From: Gallionella sp.
Lineage (GTDB): Bacteria > Pseudomonadota > Gammaproteobacteria > Burkholderiales > Gallionellaceae
Length of the DNA stretch: 64,000 nucleotides
Assembly (NCBI GenBank): GCA_028710525.1
Contig: JAQTTY010000009.1
Coordinates: 53 to 64,052, forward strand
Direction: 5' to 3'
Positions within the stretch are counted from its first letter, which is position 1. Every line of letters begins with the position of its first letter. Below the pieces are notes generated by a model. The model was given only the letters and a program-made list of their open reading frames with translations, did no database searches and was not told the DNA's origin. Shown piece after piece: positions 1 to 8,677 of the stretch. Made by a program: the position numbers and the translations under genes.

Positions 1-198
1 AGTGGGCAGTTCACAGATCAGACGGATTTTTATAACCAACTAAATTTGTTCGACTTTTAACCGGACACTACTGATTATTAATATTGATTGTGCTGCAAGC
101 AAAACATAGACTTGCCGCGGTCCTTTAAATTGATTTCATGGAAACTCGAATCGTTAAAGAACCAGAGTGCATATCAGTAGTTAATAGGAGAAAGAGTA

Positions 199-693
199 AT
201 GAAAAAGGCAATATCCCCAGAATATTTGGAACTAGCCAAGAAGTTAAAAAAAGAAGAAGCCGAAAAGTTGTTGTCCAGAATGACGGGAAAACTTCCCCGT
301 CGATTAGCACATGATGAGCTAAGCAGAGAAGAGGCCCTTGCAATTCAGCTTGAGTTGGAAGAAGAGCGCCTAAATGATTGGCGATCTATGATGCAGAAGC
401 TTAAAGACGAGGAAGCTAAAAAACTCGCTAAAGAAAAAGCTAAAGCTTTAGAGCAGGTAGCAAAAGCTAAAGCCAAGGCTGCGGAAAGGGATGCAAAAGT
501 TAAAGCTGAGGCAGCTAAAAAAGAGGCAAAAGTCAAAGCGGAAGCGGCTAAAAAAGAAGCCAAGGTTAAGGCCAAGGCTGAATCGAAAGCAGCCAAAGAA
601 AATGCCAAATCAGCAAAGCTAAATGAGAAAGCTACAAAAACGGTCGTAGAAAAAGCTAAGTCATCGTCCCCCAAAGGTGCGGGTACAAAATAA
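199..693 (+). CDS. Lys/Ala/Glu-rich hypothetical protein with AKVKAEAAKKE repeats (histone-H1-like low-complexity tail)
   Basis: Intact 164-aa ORF. The C-terminal half is a KA-rich low-complexity region encoded by 33-bp tandem units. No enzymatic motif. Confidence 0.5.
   Translation: MKKAISPEYLELAKKLKKEEAEKLLSRMTGKLPRRLAHDELSREEALAIQLELEEERLNDWRSMMQKLKDEEAKKLAKEKAKALEQVAKAKAKAAERDAKVKAEAAKKEAKVKAEAAKKEAKVKAKAESKAAKENAKSAKLNEKATKTVVEKAKSSSPKGAGTK
493..582 (+). repeat. 33-bp in-frame tandem repeat, about 2.7 copies (gcaaaagttaaagctgaggcagctaaaaaagag)
   Basis: Units at 493-525 and 526-558 plus a partial unit from 559, read directly. Encodes AKVKAEAAKKE. Confidence 0.7.
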
Positions 694-795
694 ACATAGT
701 TTCCTGCTCAGCAATGAGTAAGGCTTTCTCAGTTGAAAGCTTTACTCGTTATTACAAAATATGGACTTAGTAATTCGGAAATGTATCCCTGTAGT

Positions 796-915
796 CTAAG
801 CAATTGGCGCTAAGGTGATGCGGTTCTTCCCGCCATGCTTGGATAGATACATGGCATGGTCCGCAGCGGCAAGTAACTGATTTTCGTTTTCTCCACGAGC
901 CGGAAGTTCGCTCGC
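796..915 (-). pseudogene. C-terminal remnant of a GGDEF-domain (diguanylate cyclase) gene
   Basis: The minus-strand translation ASELPARGENENQLLAAADHAMYLSKHGGKNRITLAPIA* matches the typical GGDEF C-terminus (..AD.AMY.AK..GRNR..). An upstream stop leaves only 39 codons. Confidence 0.45.
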
Positions 916-950
916 TTAGAGCATTTCAACTCTGAATTCCGCATACCCAA

Positions 951-980
951 AATTAAAACGCCCCAGTTACCTGGGGCGTT
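951..980 (-). terminator. Rho-independent terminator downstream of the 1004-1726 gene
   Basis: Hairpin AACGCCCCAG-TTAC-CTGGGGCGTT (957-980), followed on the minus strand by TTTTAATTTT. Confidence 0.7.
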
Positions 981-1003
981 CTTTCTTTCATGCTGCGATA
1001 ATG

Positions 1004-1726
1004 CTAGTCCAAGAAATCTGAGTACTCTCTGGATGCATAACCAGATAAGTTTTCCCAGGGGGCTTCTCTATCGCTGAGCTGTTTAAGAGTAACACTCACA
1101 CGCTTATAAACTGCTCCGTTGAGTGTGCCGGTCTCGACCTCCAGAGGGATCATGTTTTTGTGATCCCAAAGCACTTTTTGGAATACACCATGCTTTTTTT
1201 GCTCATACCAAGTTGCACCTAAAACATTCGACTTCCTTTGTGAAGCAGTAAGACTCAATACAACCTTCGGGTCTATAAGATAAAATGCATTCTGCCATGA
1301 GCCATCAAAGCTCACATCCTGATACTCTGTTGCAGCGATATTGATCAGTTGTTTATTCTCCTCATCTACATATTCAACCTTCAACTTGCCGTCTTGAAGC
1401 TCGATATGGCGTGGCAGAATCGTAGGGTTGAAATGCTTATGCTCTTGCTCATTTTCATGGGCAACATGCTCATGAGCGCTAGGTGGCAATACTCTAGACG
1501 ACCATACATGTCCCGCGCGACGCACCATCGTCTCTTCATAACGAGACTCCCTTAGCATGCCCTCCGAGGTCAGCACTTTGTCGTAATACTGGATATTTAA
1601 TTTCAGTGCAGGACCTTGTTTCTCTAGCGCTGGCTTGATGGCTGCAAAGGCAGCATCGGTCCAAATTATCAGCGCAAAAAATCCCAGAATCGCACTTGTA
1701 GCTTTCATACCATTTATGAATTTCAT
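1004..1726 (-). CDS. Secreted/periplasmic hypothetical protein
   Basis: 240-aa ORF with an N-terminal signal peptide (..ILGFFALIIWTDAAFA/AIK). A terminator lies downstream. No recognisable catalytic motif. Confidence 0.6.
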   Translation of the reverse strand: MKFINGMKATSAILGFFALIIWTDAAFAAIKPALEKQGPALKLNIQYYDKVLTSEGMLRESRYEETMVRRAGHVWSSRVLPPSAHEHVAHENEQEHKHFNPTILPRHIELQDGKLKVEYVDEENKQLINIAATEYQDVSFDGSWQNAFYLIDPKVVLSLTASQRKSNVLGATWYEQKKHGVFQKVLWDHKNMIPLEVETGTLNGAVYKRVSVTLKQLSDREAPWENLSGYASREYSDFLD

Positions 1727-1807
1727 TGCTTAGCCTTAATTGAAAAGCCGGCATCAGCGTGTCGGCTGATACCGGTAGTTTTATCTAAAAATAATTATCA
1801 ACAGTGT

Positions 1808-3277
1808 TTAAAGACCAAACGCAGTGCGCACTATCGAGAATACTTGGGTGTTATCCATCGTTCCCTTGAAACTTGCGGCACCCGCACCTGTTGCAAACAG
1901 CATCACATCACCACCACCATGCGTTTCACTACCAGCAGCGGTACGAACACCTGACTCTTGCATGTAGTTATCTCCCAACACCGTTGCGCTCAGCAAAGAC
2001 GTACGTGCCACGTTCACACGATTAGGTCCATTACCGAATACCAGCGTGGTGTAGTTGATACCGTTCACGTCGAGTGAATCTGCATTGGTTGCATACGAGC
2101 GATTGATATCCAAGATCGGATTGCCTATCTTTCCGTAGCCATTGAAGGTCATGGTGTGATCATGATCCGCCGTGACAACAATCAAAGTATTGGCAAGCGT
2201 AGGGTCGGTCTTCTTGACTTCGGCTATTGCGGCAGCGATTGCATCATCAAAAGCGATGGTGTCTACCAGTGCGCGCTTAGCGTTGGTGCCATGTAAAGCA
2301 TGGTCTATGCGGCCACCTTCAACCATGAGGAAATAGCCGTTGGGATTCTGCGACAACATTTGCACAGACTTGACCGTCATTTCTGACAACGTGGGTTGCG
2401 TAACGCCTGCACCAACGCCTGCCAATGTTTGCGCTGCACGATCCAACTCATACTCCAGATGACTCGTGTTGCTATACAGCCCTATAAACTTTTTAGTCGT
2501 GACAGGCGCGGCAAGCATAGCGGTCTTATCACGCGCGACTGTATATCCACCGTTTACAACTTGCTGCATCTCAACCAGTAAATCTCGGCCATCTGGACGA
2601 CCTTTAGGATTAGTCACCGCGACATAGGGGGTGAAATGATTCGCTCCCCCCCCCATAAGTACATCCACCCCAAGATCCGCACCATTGCTCAATGCAGTGT
2701 TGTAACCAACACCATTAGGTGCCAGTTGTGCAGCGATGTTGAATTGCGCGTTGCGATTGCAGATGTGAGCATAGGTGGTGGCTGGTGTTGCATGTGTCAA
2801 TTCGGTGGTAGTCACAGCGCCAACCGATTTGCCATTGAGTTTAGCCAATTCCAATATGGTCTGAACTGACGTGCCATTACCTGGTGCGCAATTGTTGACG
2901 GCATTGGCAACCATAGTGACAGGGTCAGCTGACGGCTTGTTTGCGCCGCTCGCAATGGTATTCGCCGACATCGAGATCACTTCATTGTTGGCTTTGACCC
3001 CAGTCATATAGGACGCCATCGAAGGAGCACTATCTGTAGTTTGCGCGTCATTCGAGTAGGTCTTAATACGAGCAGTGCGTTGCAATGCCTGTTCAAATTT
3101 CAAGGACCCAGCCTCACCATATTGATGGATGCGTGCTGCGGTGACCACTGTAGGTCCCATGCCGTCGCCCAAAAAGAAGATGACGTTCTTTGCTGGGCCT
3201 GCGGCATAAGCAGTACTTGAGAAGGCTACAACCAGCATCGCTGCGATATTGGTCGCTAATAGTGTGCGTTTTAACAT
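1808..3277 (-). CDS. phoA: Alkaline phosphatase (PhoA family), secreted
   Basis: Signal peptide. Motifs FFLGDGMG, TDSAPS (active-site Ser), EGGRIDHALH and VTADHDH. Confidence 0.85.
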   Translation of the reverse strand: MLKRTLLATNIAAMLVVAFSSTAYAAGPAKNVIFFLGDGMGPTVVTAARIHQYGEAGSLKFEQALQRTARIKTYSNDAQTTDSAPSMASYMTGVKANNEVISMSANTIASGANKPSADPVTMVANAVNNCAPGNGTSVQTILELAKLNGKSVGAVTTTELTHATPATTYAHICNRNAQFNIAAQLAPNGVGYNTALSNGADLGVDVLMGGGANHFTPYVAVTNPKGRPDGRDLLVEMQQVVNGGYTVARDKTAMLAAPVTTKKFIGLYSNTSHLEYELDRAAQTLAGVGAGVTQPTLSEMTVKSVQMLSQNPNGYFLMVEGGRIDHALHGTNAKRALVDTIAFDDAIAAAIAEVKKTDPTLANTLIVVTADHDHTMTFNGYGKIGNPILDINRSYATNADSLDVNGINYTTLVFGNGPNRVNVARTSLLSATVLGDNYMQESGVRTAAGSETHGGGDVMLFATGAGAASFKGTMDNTQVFSIVRTAFGL

Positions 3278-3302
3278 GTCTAACTCTCCTATTAAAAAGG
3301 GG

Positions 3303-4790
3303 TTACAAACCAGCGGCTGTTTTGATCAGCTGGAACACTTTCGTGTTGTCGATACTGCCGAAGAAGTTGGAGGAACCCATGCCGATAGCACCTAGGAATA
3401 CATCCGTACCACCATGTGTCTCCGCACCGACAGCTGTCTGGATGACGGCTTCTTGGTGATAAAGATCTGCGCTGGTAGTTGCCTCAGTTAAGGCCAAACC
3501 TGCGCGAGTGGCATTTCTGCTTTCTCCATTACCGAAACCGATGATCGAGTACGGTGCAAGGTCAGCGTCTAAATCAAACAAACCTGTAACGTAGTTTTTC
3601 ACTAGGCCAAGCACACCAGGATTAGCAGGGGTAGTTGCGCCTGTGCGTTGAGCATAGCCATTGAGCACCAATGTATGGTCATGATCCGCTGTCACCACAA
3701 TCAGGGTATTGGCCATAGTTGGATCGGTGAGCTTAACTTTGTCGATGGCGGCTTTGATCGCATTGTCAAAGGCTACGGTATCCTGCAGCGCTTTTTTGGC
3801 GTTGGTGCTATGCAATGCGTGATCGATACGCCCGCCCTCCACCATTAGGAAATATCCATTGGAATGCTGCGACAGAATATCCATGGATTTAGTCGTCATT
3901 TCAGCCAAGCTTGGTTGTGTTGCCCCGGCACCGACACCTGCTGTTGTCTGAGCGATACGATCCAAGTCGTATTCCAAATGACTCTTTGCAGAATACAAAC
4001 CTATGAACTTCTTAGCATTTGACGCTGCCAACATATCGGCTTTGGTCTTGGCGACCGTATAACCTTTTGCAGCAAATTCAGCAGTCATATCGCGTGCGTC
4101 AGCACGTCCTTTTGGATTGGTGACTGCGACGTAGGGGGTAAAGTGATTCAACCCGCCACCCATCAGCACATCTACGCCATCCAACAATGCGGAGTTGTAG
4201 CCCAGGCCACCGGGTACCAGTTGTGCTGCGATGTGGTACTGCGCATTACGGTTACAGATGTGCGAGTAAGTTGCAGCAGGTGTCGCATGGGTCAGCTCGG
4301 TTGTTGTGATTGCACCTACTCCCCATCCTTTGGACTTGGCAAGTTCAAGCAAAGTAGGAATAGATGCGCCGTTACCCGCTGCGCAATTGTTGATACCAAG
4401 GTTACCATTCGCGTCCAAGCTGGGCGGAGTGGCAACAGTACTCGGTGTCATCGAAATGACTTCATTGTTAGTCTTCACGCCCGTCATGTATGCCGCCATA
4501 GAAGGCGCACTGTCAGTTACCTGAGCATCATTTGAGTATGTCTTTACAAAAGCTGATTCAGGCAGAGTGTCGATGGTCAGACTCCCTGCTTCGCCCACTG
4601 AAAAAATTCTCGCGGCAGTCAAAGTTGTCATACCCATGCCATCACCCAAGAAAAAAATCACATTTTTCTTAATGGCAACTGGAGCGACTGCGTTTGGTGT
4701 TGTAGTACCACCGCAGCCCGCCAATAACACGCCACACGTTAGCAATCCTACTGCCGTTCTCATCCTTATCAAATCTGGTTTCATGATCAT
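3303..4790 (-). CDS. Alkaline phosphatase (PhoA family), lipoprotein paralog
   Basis: Lipobox LLAGC. Same motif set as the upstream paralog (FFLGDGMG, TDSAPS, EGGRIDHALH, VTADHDH). Sits in tandem with the 1808-3277 gene. Confidence 0.85.
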   Translation of the reverse strand: MIMKPDLIRMRTAVGLLTCGVLLAGCGGTTTPNAVAPVAIKKNVIFFLGDGMGMTTLTAARIFSVGEAGSLTIDTLPESAFVKTYSNDAQVTDSAPSMAAYMTGVKTNNEVISMTPSTVATPPSLDANGNLGINNCAAGNGASIPTLLELAKSKGWGVGAITTTELTHATPAATYSHICNRNAQYHIAAQLVPGGLGYNSALLDGVDVLMGGGLNHFTPYVAVTNPKGRADARDMTAEFAAKGYTVAKTKADMLAASNAKKFIGLYSAKSHLEYDLDRIAQTTAGVGAGATQPSLAEMTTKSMDILSQHSNGYFLMVEGGRIDHALHSTNAKKALQDTVAFDNAIKAAIDKVKLTDPTMANTLIVVTADHDHTLVLNGYAQRTGATTPANPGVLGLVKNYVTGLFDLDADLAPYSIIGFGNGESRNATRAGLALTEATTSADLYHQEAVIQTAVGAETHGGTDVFLGAIGMGSSNFFGSIDNTKVFQLIKTAAGL

Positions 4791-5189
4791 CTCGCCGCTG
4801 GTTGAAGGAGTGGCTAAGGTAGTAATCGAGCATTTCAGTAAGGTTAAATTTAAGTTAATTATTTACATCGGGACGATGCGACGTACTCAGGGAAATGAAA
4901 ATCAACTCTAAAGTGGGTGATGCACTCGAAGAGAGAATCGGATTGATTCTATGGCTGTTCTCCACTCAGGAGCTGTCATTCGAATTCTCAGATTAAGCTT
5001 CAAATTCAGCAAACCACCACCGACCGTTATGGCCGATCAGCCGCCCATCATAATTGAAGGTGAATCTCTTTCGACTTCCCCACAATTTCCGTGCATGGAT
5101 GTGTGGAGTCATTGTGGATATCCCGTTAATTGTCTTTGCGCTTAGCAAGATGTAATGGCTGTGCAAATATCGAGCACCATGCATTAGTT

Positions 5190-5295
5190 AAAAAAATGCC
5201 CCCGTGCAATCGCACCGAGGGCATAACATCTTAACGGGGTGTCAAGATACACGTTTCAGGGAGGAGACTCGTGTAGTCAGCTCGCGCCAACTTTT
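5190..5295 (-). ncRNA. Structured sRNA with a CUCCUCCC loop (copy A), anti-Shine-Dalgarno type
   Basis: On the minus strand: GNRA-loop hairpin (5276-5291). A hairpin ACACG/CGTGT encloses the loop AGUCUCCUCCCUGAAA. A further hairpin 5228-5248 has loop ACCCC. The terminator stem is 5198-5222 followed by U7. About 85 percent identical to copy B, with compensatory stem changes. Confidence 0.6.
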
Positions 5296-5424
5296 ACGTA
5301 GACTTAGCTCTGTTAAATTAGTTCCGAGCTAGTTGAGGATTTTTTTGAATGACACCTCATATATAATTGGTAGCTCAACACTCCATGAATATAGCTGCAG
5401 GAAAATCAGCAGCTAGAGCCAGAT

Positions 5425-5706
5425 ATGACCCGCTCCGAACTCATCCAACAAATCTCATCTCGTTTTCCTCAACTGACTGCTACCGATGTCGATATGGCCG
5501 TGCGGGTGATCATGGATTCGATGTCGAAAGCATTGGCTAGAGGAGGGCGCATCGAGGTGCGCGGATTCGGTAGCTTCGGTATCAATTACCGTCCACCACG
5601 GAAGGGGCGCAATCCTAAGTCGGGCGCATCGGTTATGGTGCCAGCTAAATATACGCCACACTTTAAGGCGGGCAAGGAGCTGCGCGATCGTGTTGATAAG
5701 GCCTAG
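5425..5706 (+). CDS. ihfB: Integration host factor subunit beta
   Basis: 93 aa. Strong similarity in the core to E. coli IhfB (RIE.RGFGSF....R.PR.GRNPK.G..V....KY.PHFK.GKELRDR). Confidence 0.9.
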   Translation: MTRSELIQQISSRFPQLTATDVDMAVRVIMDSMSKALARGGRIEVRGFGSFGINYRPPRKGRNPKSGASVMVPAKYTPHFKAGKELRDRVDKA

Positions 5707-5846
5707 TGGAGTCTATAAATCATTGGCGATTCAGTACCCTGTATTTGCATACAAGCTCATTGGCTAGCTTGGTTTTGTAATCGTTGAATGTTGGTATTTC
5801 AGTTTATTTGAGGAGCAACTCATTTCCAGAAAAGCAAAATTTAGGT

Positions 5847-7034
5847 CTATTTCCCCGCCGACCCATTTAGTTGGCTAACTAACTTCAGCAAATCTCCAGC
5901 TGCAGGAGTTGTTTGTACCTGTATGAGTGGCTTTCCTATATATTGATTTGGCCCGCTGGTGATTTCTTCATTCAGTAAGTTGGACAAGGTTTTGTGCGTA
6001 GGAACGGCCTCACCGTTTAGCCAGCGTCGCCAGTTACGCTGATTGCTACCTAAAATTAACTCTTCCAACTGAGCGCAGCTATTCACGTTGAGTTCTTTCT
6101 GCAAAGACAGTACCCATTGAGTAGTAAACCTAATCGCTACGTTCTGCCGCGCAATAGATTTTTCCGGACGACCAATTTTTCTTGATGCGCGCATCGAGGC
6201 TTCGTGTTGCTTGTTTTTCCTGACAACATGCCCTGCCTTTCTAATCAGTGCATTCTGCTTTTCAATGATTTTTTGCAAAGCAGAAATTTTCTGCATGGCA
6301 ATATCAATATCTTCCTGTGCGTCCGTAGCATGTATTTCGTATACAGACGTCCATCGACCATCCTCGGCATAGTACAAATCCAGCCAGTACTGAATATTCT
6401 TTTCTTTTTCTTCCTGTTCGGCTTGTTGCCGTGCTGTCCACTCACCAGACCTTGCATGTATCACTTGGGTATTTGGCCAGTTAGGATTACTGGACATTTC
6501 TACCGGCATTTTGGGTTCGTTGGCCTCTATTAATTTTTTCTGGTTTTGCCTCACGAGGTAGCGTCTGACCTCATTTTCCATCCACGGATGAATCGCACCA
6601 CTAGTTAGTAATACATACTCGGTCGCGGTCTCCGGACTCAGCTTAGGCAGCTCATTAGTAGGGGAGTATTGGCCGAAATGCTCTTGAATAGCTGCGATCC
6701 AAGCATCGCGAGTTGCTTGCAATTGGGCTGCTTTTATATTGTCGAAGTTTTCAGCGGGATTGAGCCCAAGCTTCTTTGTAAAAGGATGAAGATTATCGTC
6801 ATCAAACTTATACCTCTTTGCCGTAGCTGGAAGCAGTTTAGCTAGAGCCGAATTGCACCAATACACGCCATACACGGATCCTCGCTCAGTACTGTCCCAC
6901 ACGCTGGTAATCCACCTTGGATCATCTAATCCATCTTTGGGAGGAAATTTAATGCTAGTGGACCATCCGGGCCAGATGGATTGAGCGAACTGCACAAAAG
7001 TCATTTCGTGGGGCCTCGTCAAAGTCGTATTCAT
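5847..7034 (-). CDS. Hypothetical protein, possible C-terminal HTH
   Basis: 395-aa ORF with an ATG start, low GC. Coiled-coil middle region. The C-terminal segment (NWRRWLNGEAVPTHKTLSNLL) resembles an XRE-type HTH. Divergent from the AAA+ gene across an AT-rich spacer. Confidence 0.5.
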   Translation of the reverse strand: MNTTLTRPHEMTFVQFAQSIWPGWSTSIKFPPKDGLDDPRWITSVWDSTERGSVYGVYWCNSALAKLLPATAKRYKFDDDNLHPFTKKLGLNPAENFDNIKAAQLQATRDAWIAAIQEHFGQYSPTNELPKLSPETATEYVLLTSGAIHPWMENEVRRYLVRQNQKKLIEANEPKMPVEMSSNPNWPNTQVIHARSGEWTARQQAEQEEKEKNIQYWLDLYYAEDGRWTSVYEIHATDAQEDIDIAMQKISALQKIIEKQNALIRKAGHVVRKNKQHEASMRASRKIGRPEKSIARQNVAIRFTTQWVLSLQKELNVNSCAQLEELILGSNQRNWRRWLNGEAVPTHKTLSNLLNEEITSGPNQYIGKPLIQVQTTPAAGDLLKLVSQLNGSAGK

Positions 7035-7252
7035 CTTCTCTATTGCACTTTTATCTTGGTGTTAGCAGTGTATCTCGATTGAGTGATTTGCAAAACATGT
7101 AAACGGACAAATAAATATAAATATTTCCATGTCGCAAGATAATTAATATGTATTTATTAATATAAATAATTAGATAGAATTAATCATAAATTAATTAAAG
7201 CGGACTAATTAATATTATCATTGGCGGTAAATATGACGTTCGAGGTGAAAAA

Positions 7253-8638
7253 ATGACCATCAAGGAGCTACCAAATTGTCTTGCTAGCATTCGTATCAAC
7301 ACCAAAGAGGACCTGGTGGATGCTTCCAATCTAGCTACCCAGTTGCTCAAAAAAACTAAGAGCAAGATGGACCATGCTACATATGAGCTTTCCAAGGACA
7401 TGTTCGTGGGCGTTGCTTTACACCTTTGCTATACCCAAAAGAATGTCAGCTACCAGGACATGCTGAATTTTTTAACCGATCCACTTTGGTGCTCGACCAA
7501 ACAAATGTTGGTGAACCTATGGAACTGCGACAAATCATTTTTGCAACAAGACGCTGCACTTTGGCACAAGGGATTTACGGTAAAGACGCAGCACCTCAGT
7601 TACGACCGAATTTCAGGCTTAGTGAAAAGTTTTCATGCTCAATGGACGCAAGCGTTCGAGCTATCAAAGCCGATTACGAGAAAGAAAGCTAGGTTCCCAT
7701 CCAGAGTTCAGATATTCAAACAGGAGGAAGTCGCTAATGCCTTGAGTCGGATGTCGGAAGTCAGAGCTGACATCAGAGTTGGTGGAGACGTATTACTTGA
7801 GAATGCAAAACTCAACGATGGCTTTCGTACGGTACCCGATGCACAGCAAGCTTGGATGAAGCTGGAGACAGCCAAAAGTAGTTTTGAAAATCTCATTGAG
7901 CCTATCAGTCGGCTACAAATGGATTTGTTACTTGCCGGTGCAATGAAACCAGAAAGTTTTCACATTACTCCTATCTTACTGTTGGGCGACCCAGGCATAG
8001 GTAAGACACATCTGGCTACTCAGCTAGGTAATGCACTCCGCGTTCCTATGGAAAAGATCAGTGCAGGCGGAGCTCAGGGGGGATTTCAGTTAACGGGTTC
8101 ACATACAAGTTGGACTGGCGCACGGCCAGGATCAATTGCCTCGGTTCTTGCCAAAGGTGAATCTGCCGCACCCATCATAGTTATTGATGAATTGGACAAA
8201 ATCGTTGATGACCGCTACCCAGTGTTGCCGGTTCTCTTGGATTTATTTGAGCCCGATACAGCCAAAGATTTCAAAGATGAGTTTTTAGAGATGCGCTTCG
8301 ATGCCAGTCGCGTGATTTTCGTGCTGACTGCTAATAGTTTGGATGGTGTGCCGACCTCATTGTTATCAAGGCTTGAGGTGTTCGATGTGCCGCGACCAGA
8401 GCCAGAGCAACGATTGCGCATCATTCATGGTGAAGCAGCGAGGTTGCGCTTAGACACGAAACGAGACATTGAACTGGAAGAGGGGGGCAGCGAAACCTTG
8501 GCGGAACGTATCGACTTAGATTTAAGGAAAACTACTCGCTTAGTAAGAGAGGCGTTCTCCAAGGCGATTGGTGCGGGGGACAAGGTTGCTAAGTTGATTA
8601 TCCCCAACGTTGCCGTTCAGCGTCGTATGGGCTTTTAG
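7253..8638 (+). CDS. Lon-type AAA+ ATPase lacking a protease domain, with an unknown 230-aa N-terminal domain
   Basis: SD GAGGTG. Walker A GDPGIGKT and Walker B IVIDELDK. The region aligns by eye with the Lon AAA+ module (..LLDxxDPxxxxxFxDxxLExxxDxSxVxF..). No S16 protease Ser-Lys segment. Confidence 0.7.
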   Translation: MTIKELPNCLASIRINTKEDLVDASNLATQLLKKTKSKMDHATYELSKDMFVGVALHLCYTQKNVSYQDMLNFLTDPLWCSTKQMLVNLWNCDKSFLQQDAALWHKGFTVKTQHLSYDRISGLVKSFHAQWTQAFELSKPITRKKARFPSRVQIFKQEEVANALSRMSEVRADIRVGGDVLLENAKLNDGFRTVPDAQQAWMKLETAKSSFENLIEPISRLQMDLLLAGAMKPESFHITPILLLGDPGIGKTHLATQLGNALRVPMEKISAGGAQGGFQLTGSHTSWTGARPGSIASVLAKGESAAPIIVIDELDKIVDDRYPVLPVLLDLFEPDTAKDFKDEFLEMRFDASRVIFVLTANSLDGVPTSLLSRLEVFDVPRPEPEQRLRIIHGEAARLRLDTKRDIELEEGGSETLAERIDLDLRKTTRLVREAFSKAIGAGDKVAKLIIPNVAVQRRMGF

Positions 8639-8677
8639 CAGCCTTCCGAATCGATACATATTTTGCAGGGAGCATTC

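Noticed and set aside
345-674. 109-aa minus-strand ORF rich in Ala/Ser/Phe/Leu
   Set aside because: It is the mirror frame of the KA-rich repeat gene on the plus strand, and its low complexity is an artefact of the repeat.
5425-5706. ihfB as island cargo, because it lies between the two inverted sRNA copies
   Set aside because: Its GC content and codon usage look like the flanking core genes, and the low-GC accessory DNA begins only after its stop. I treat it as chromosomal.
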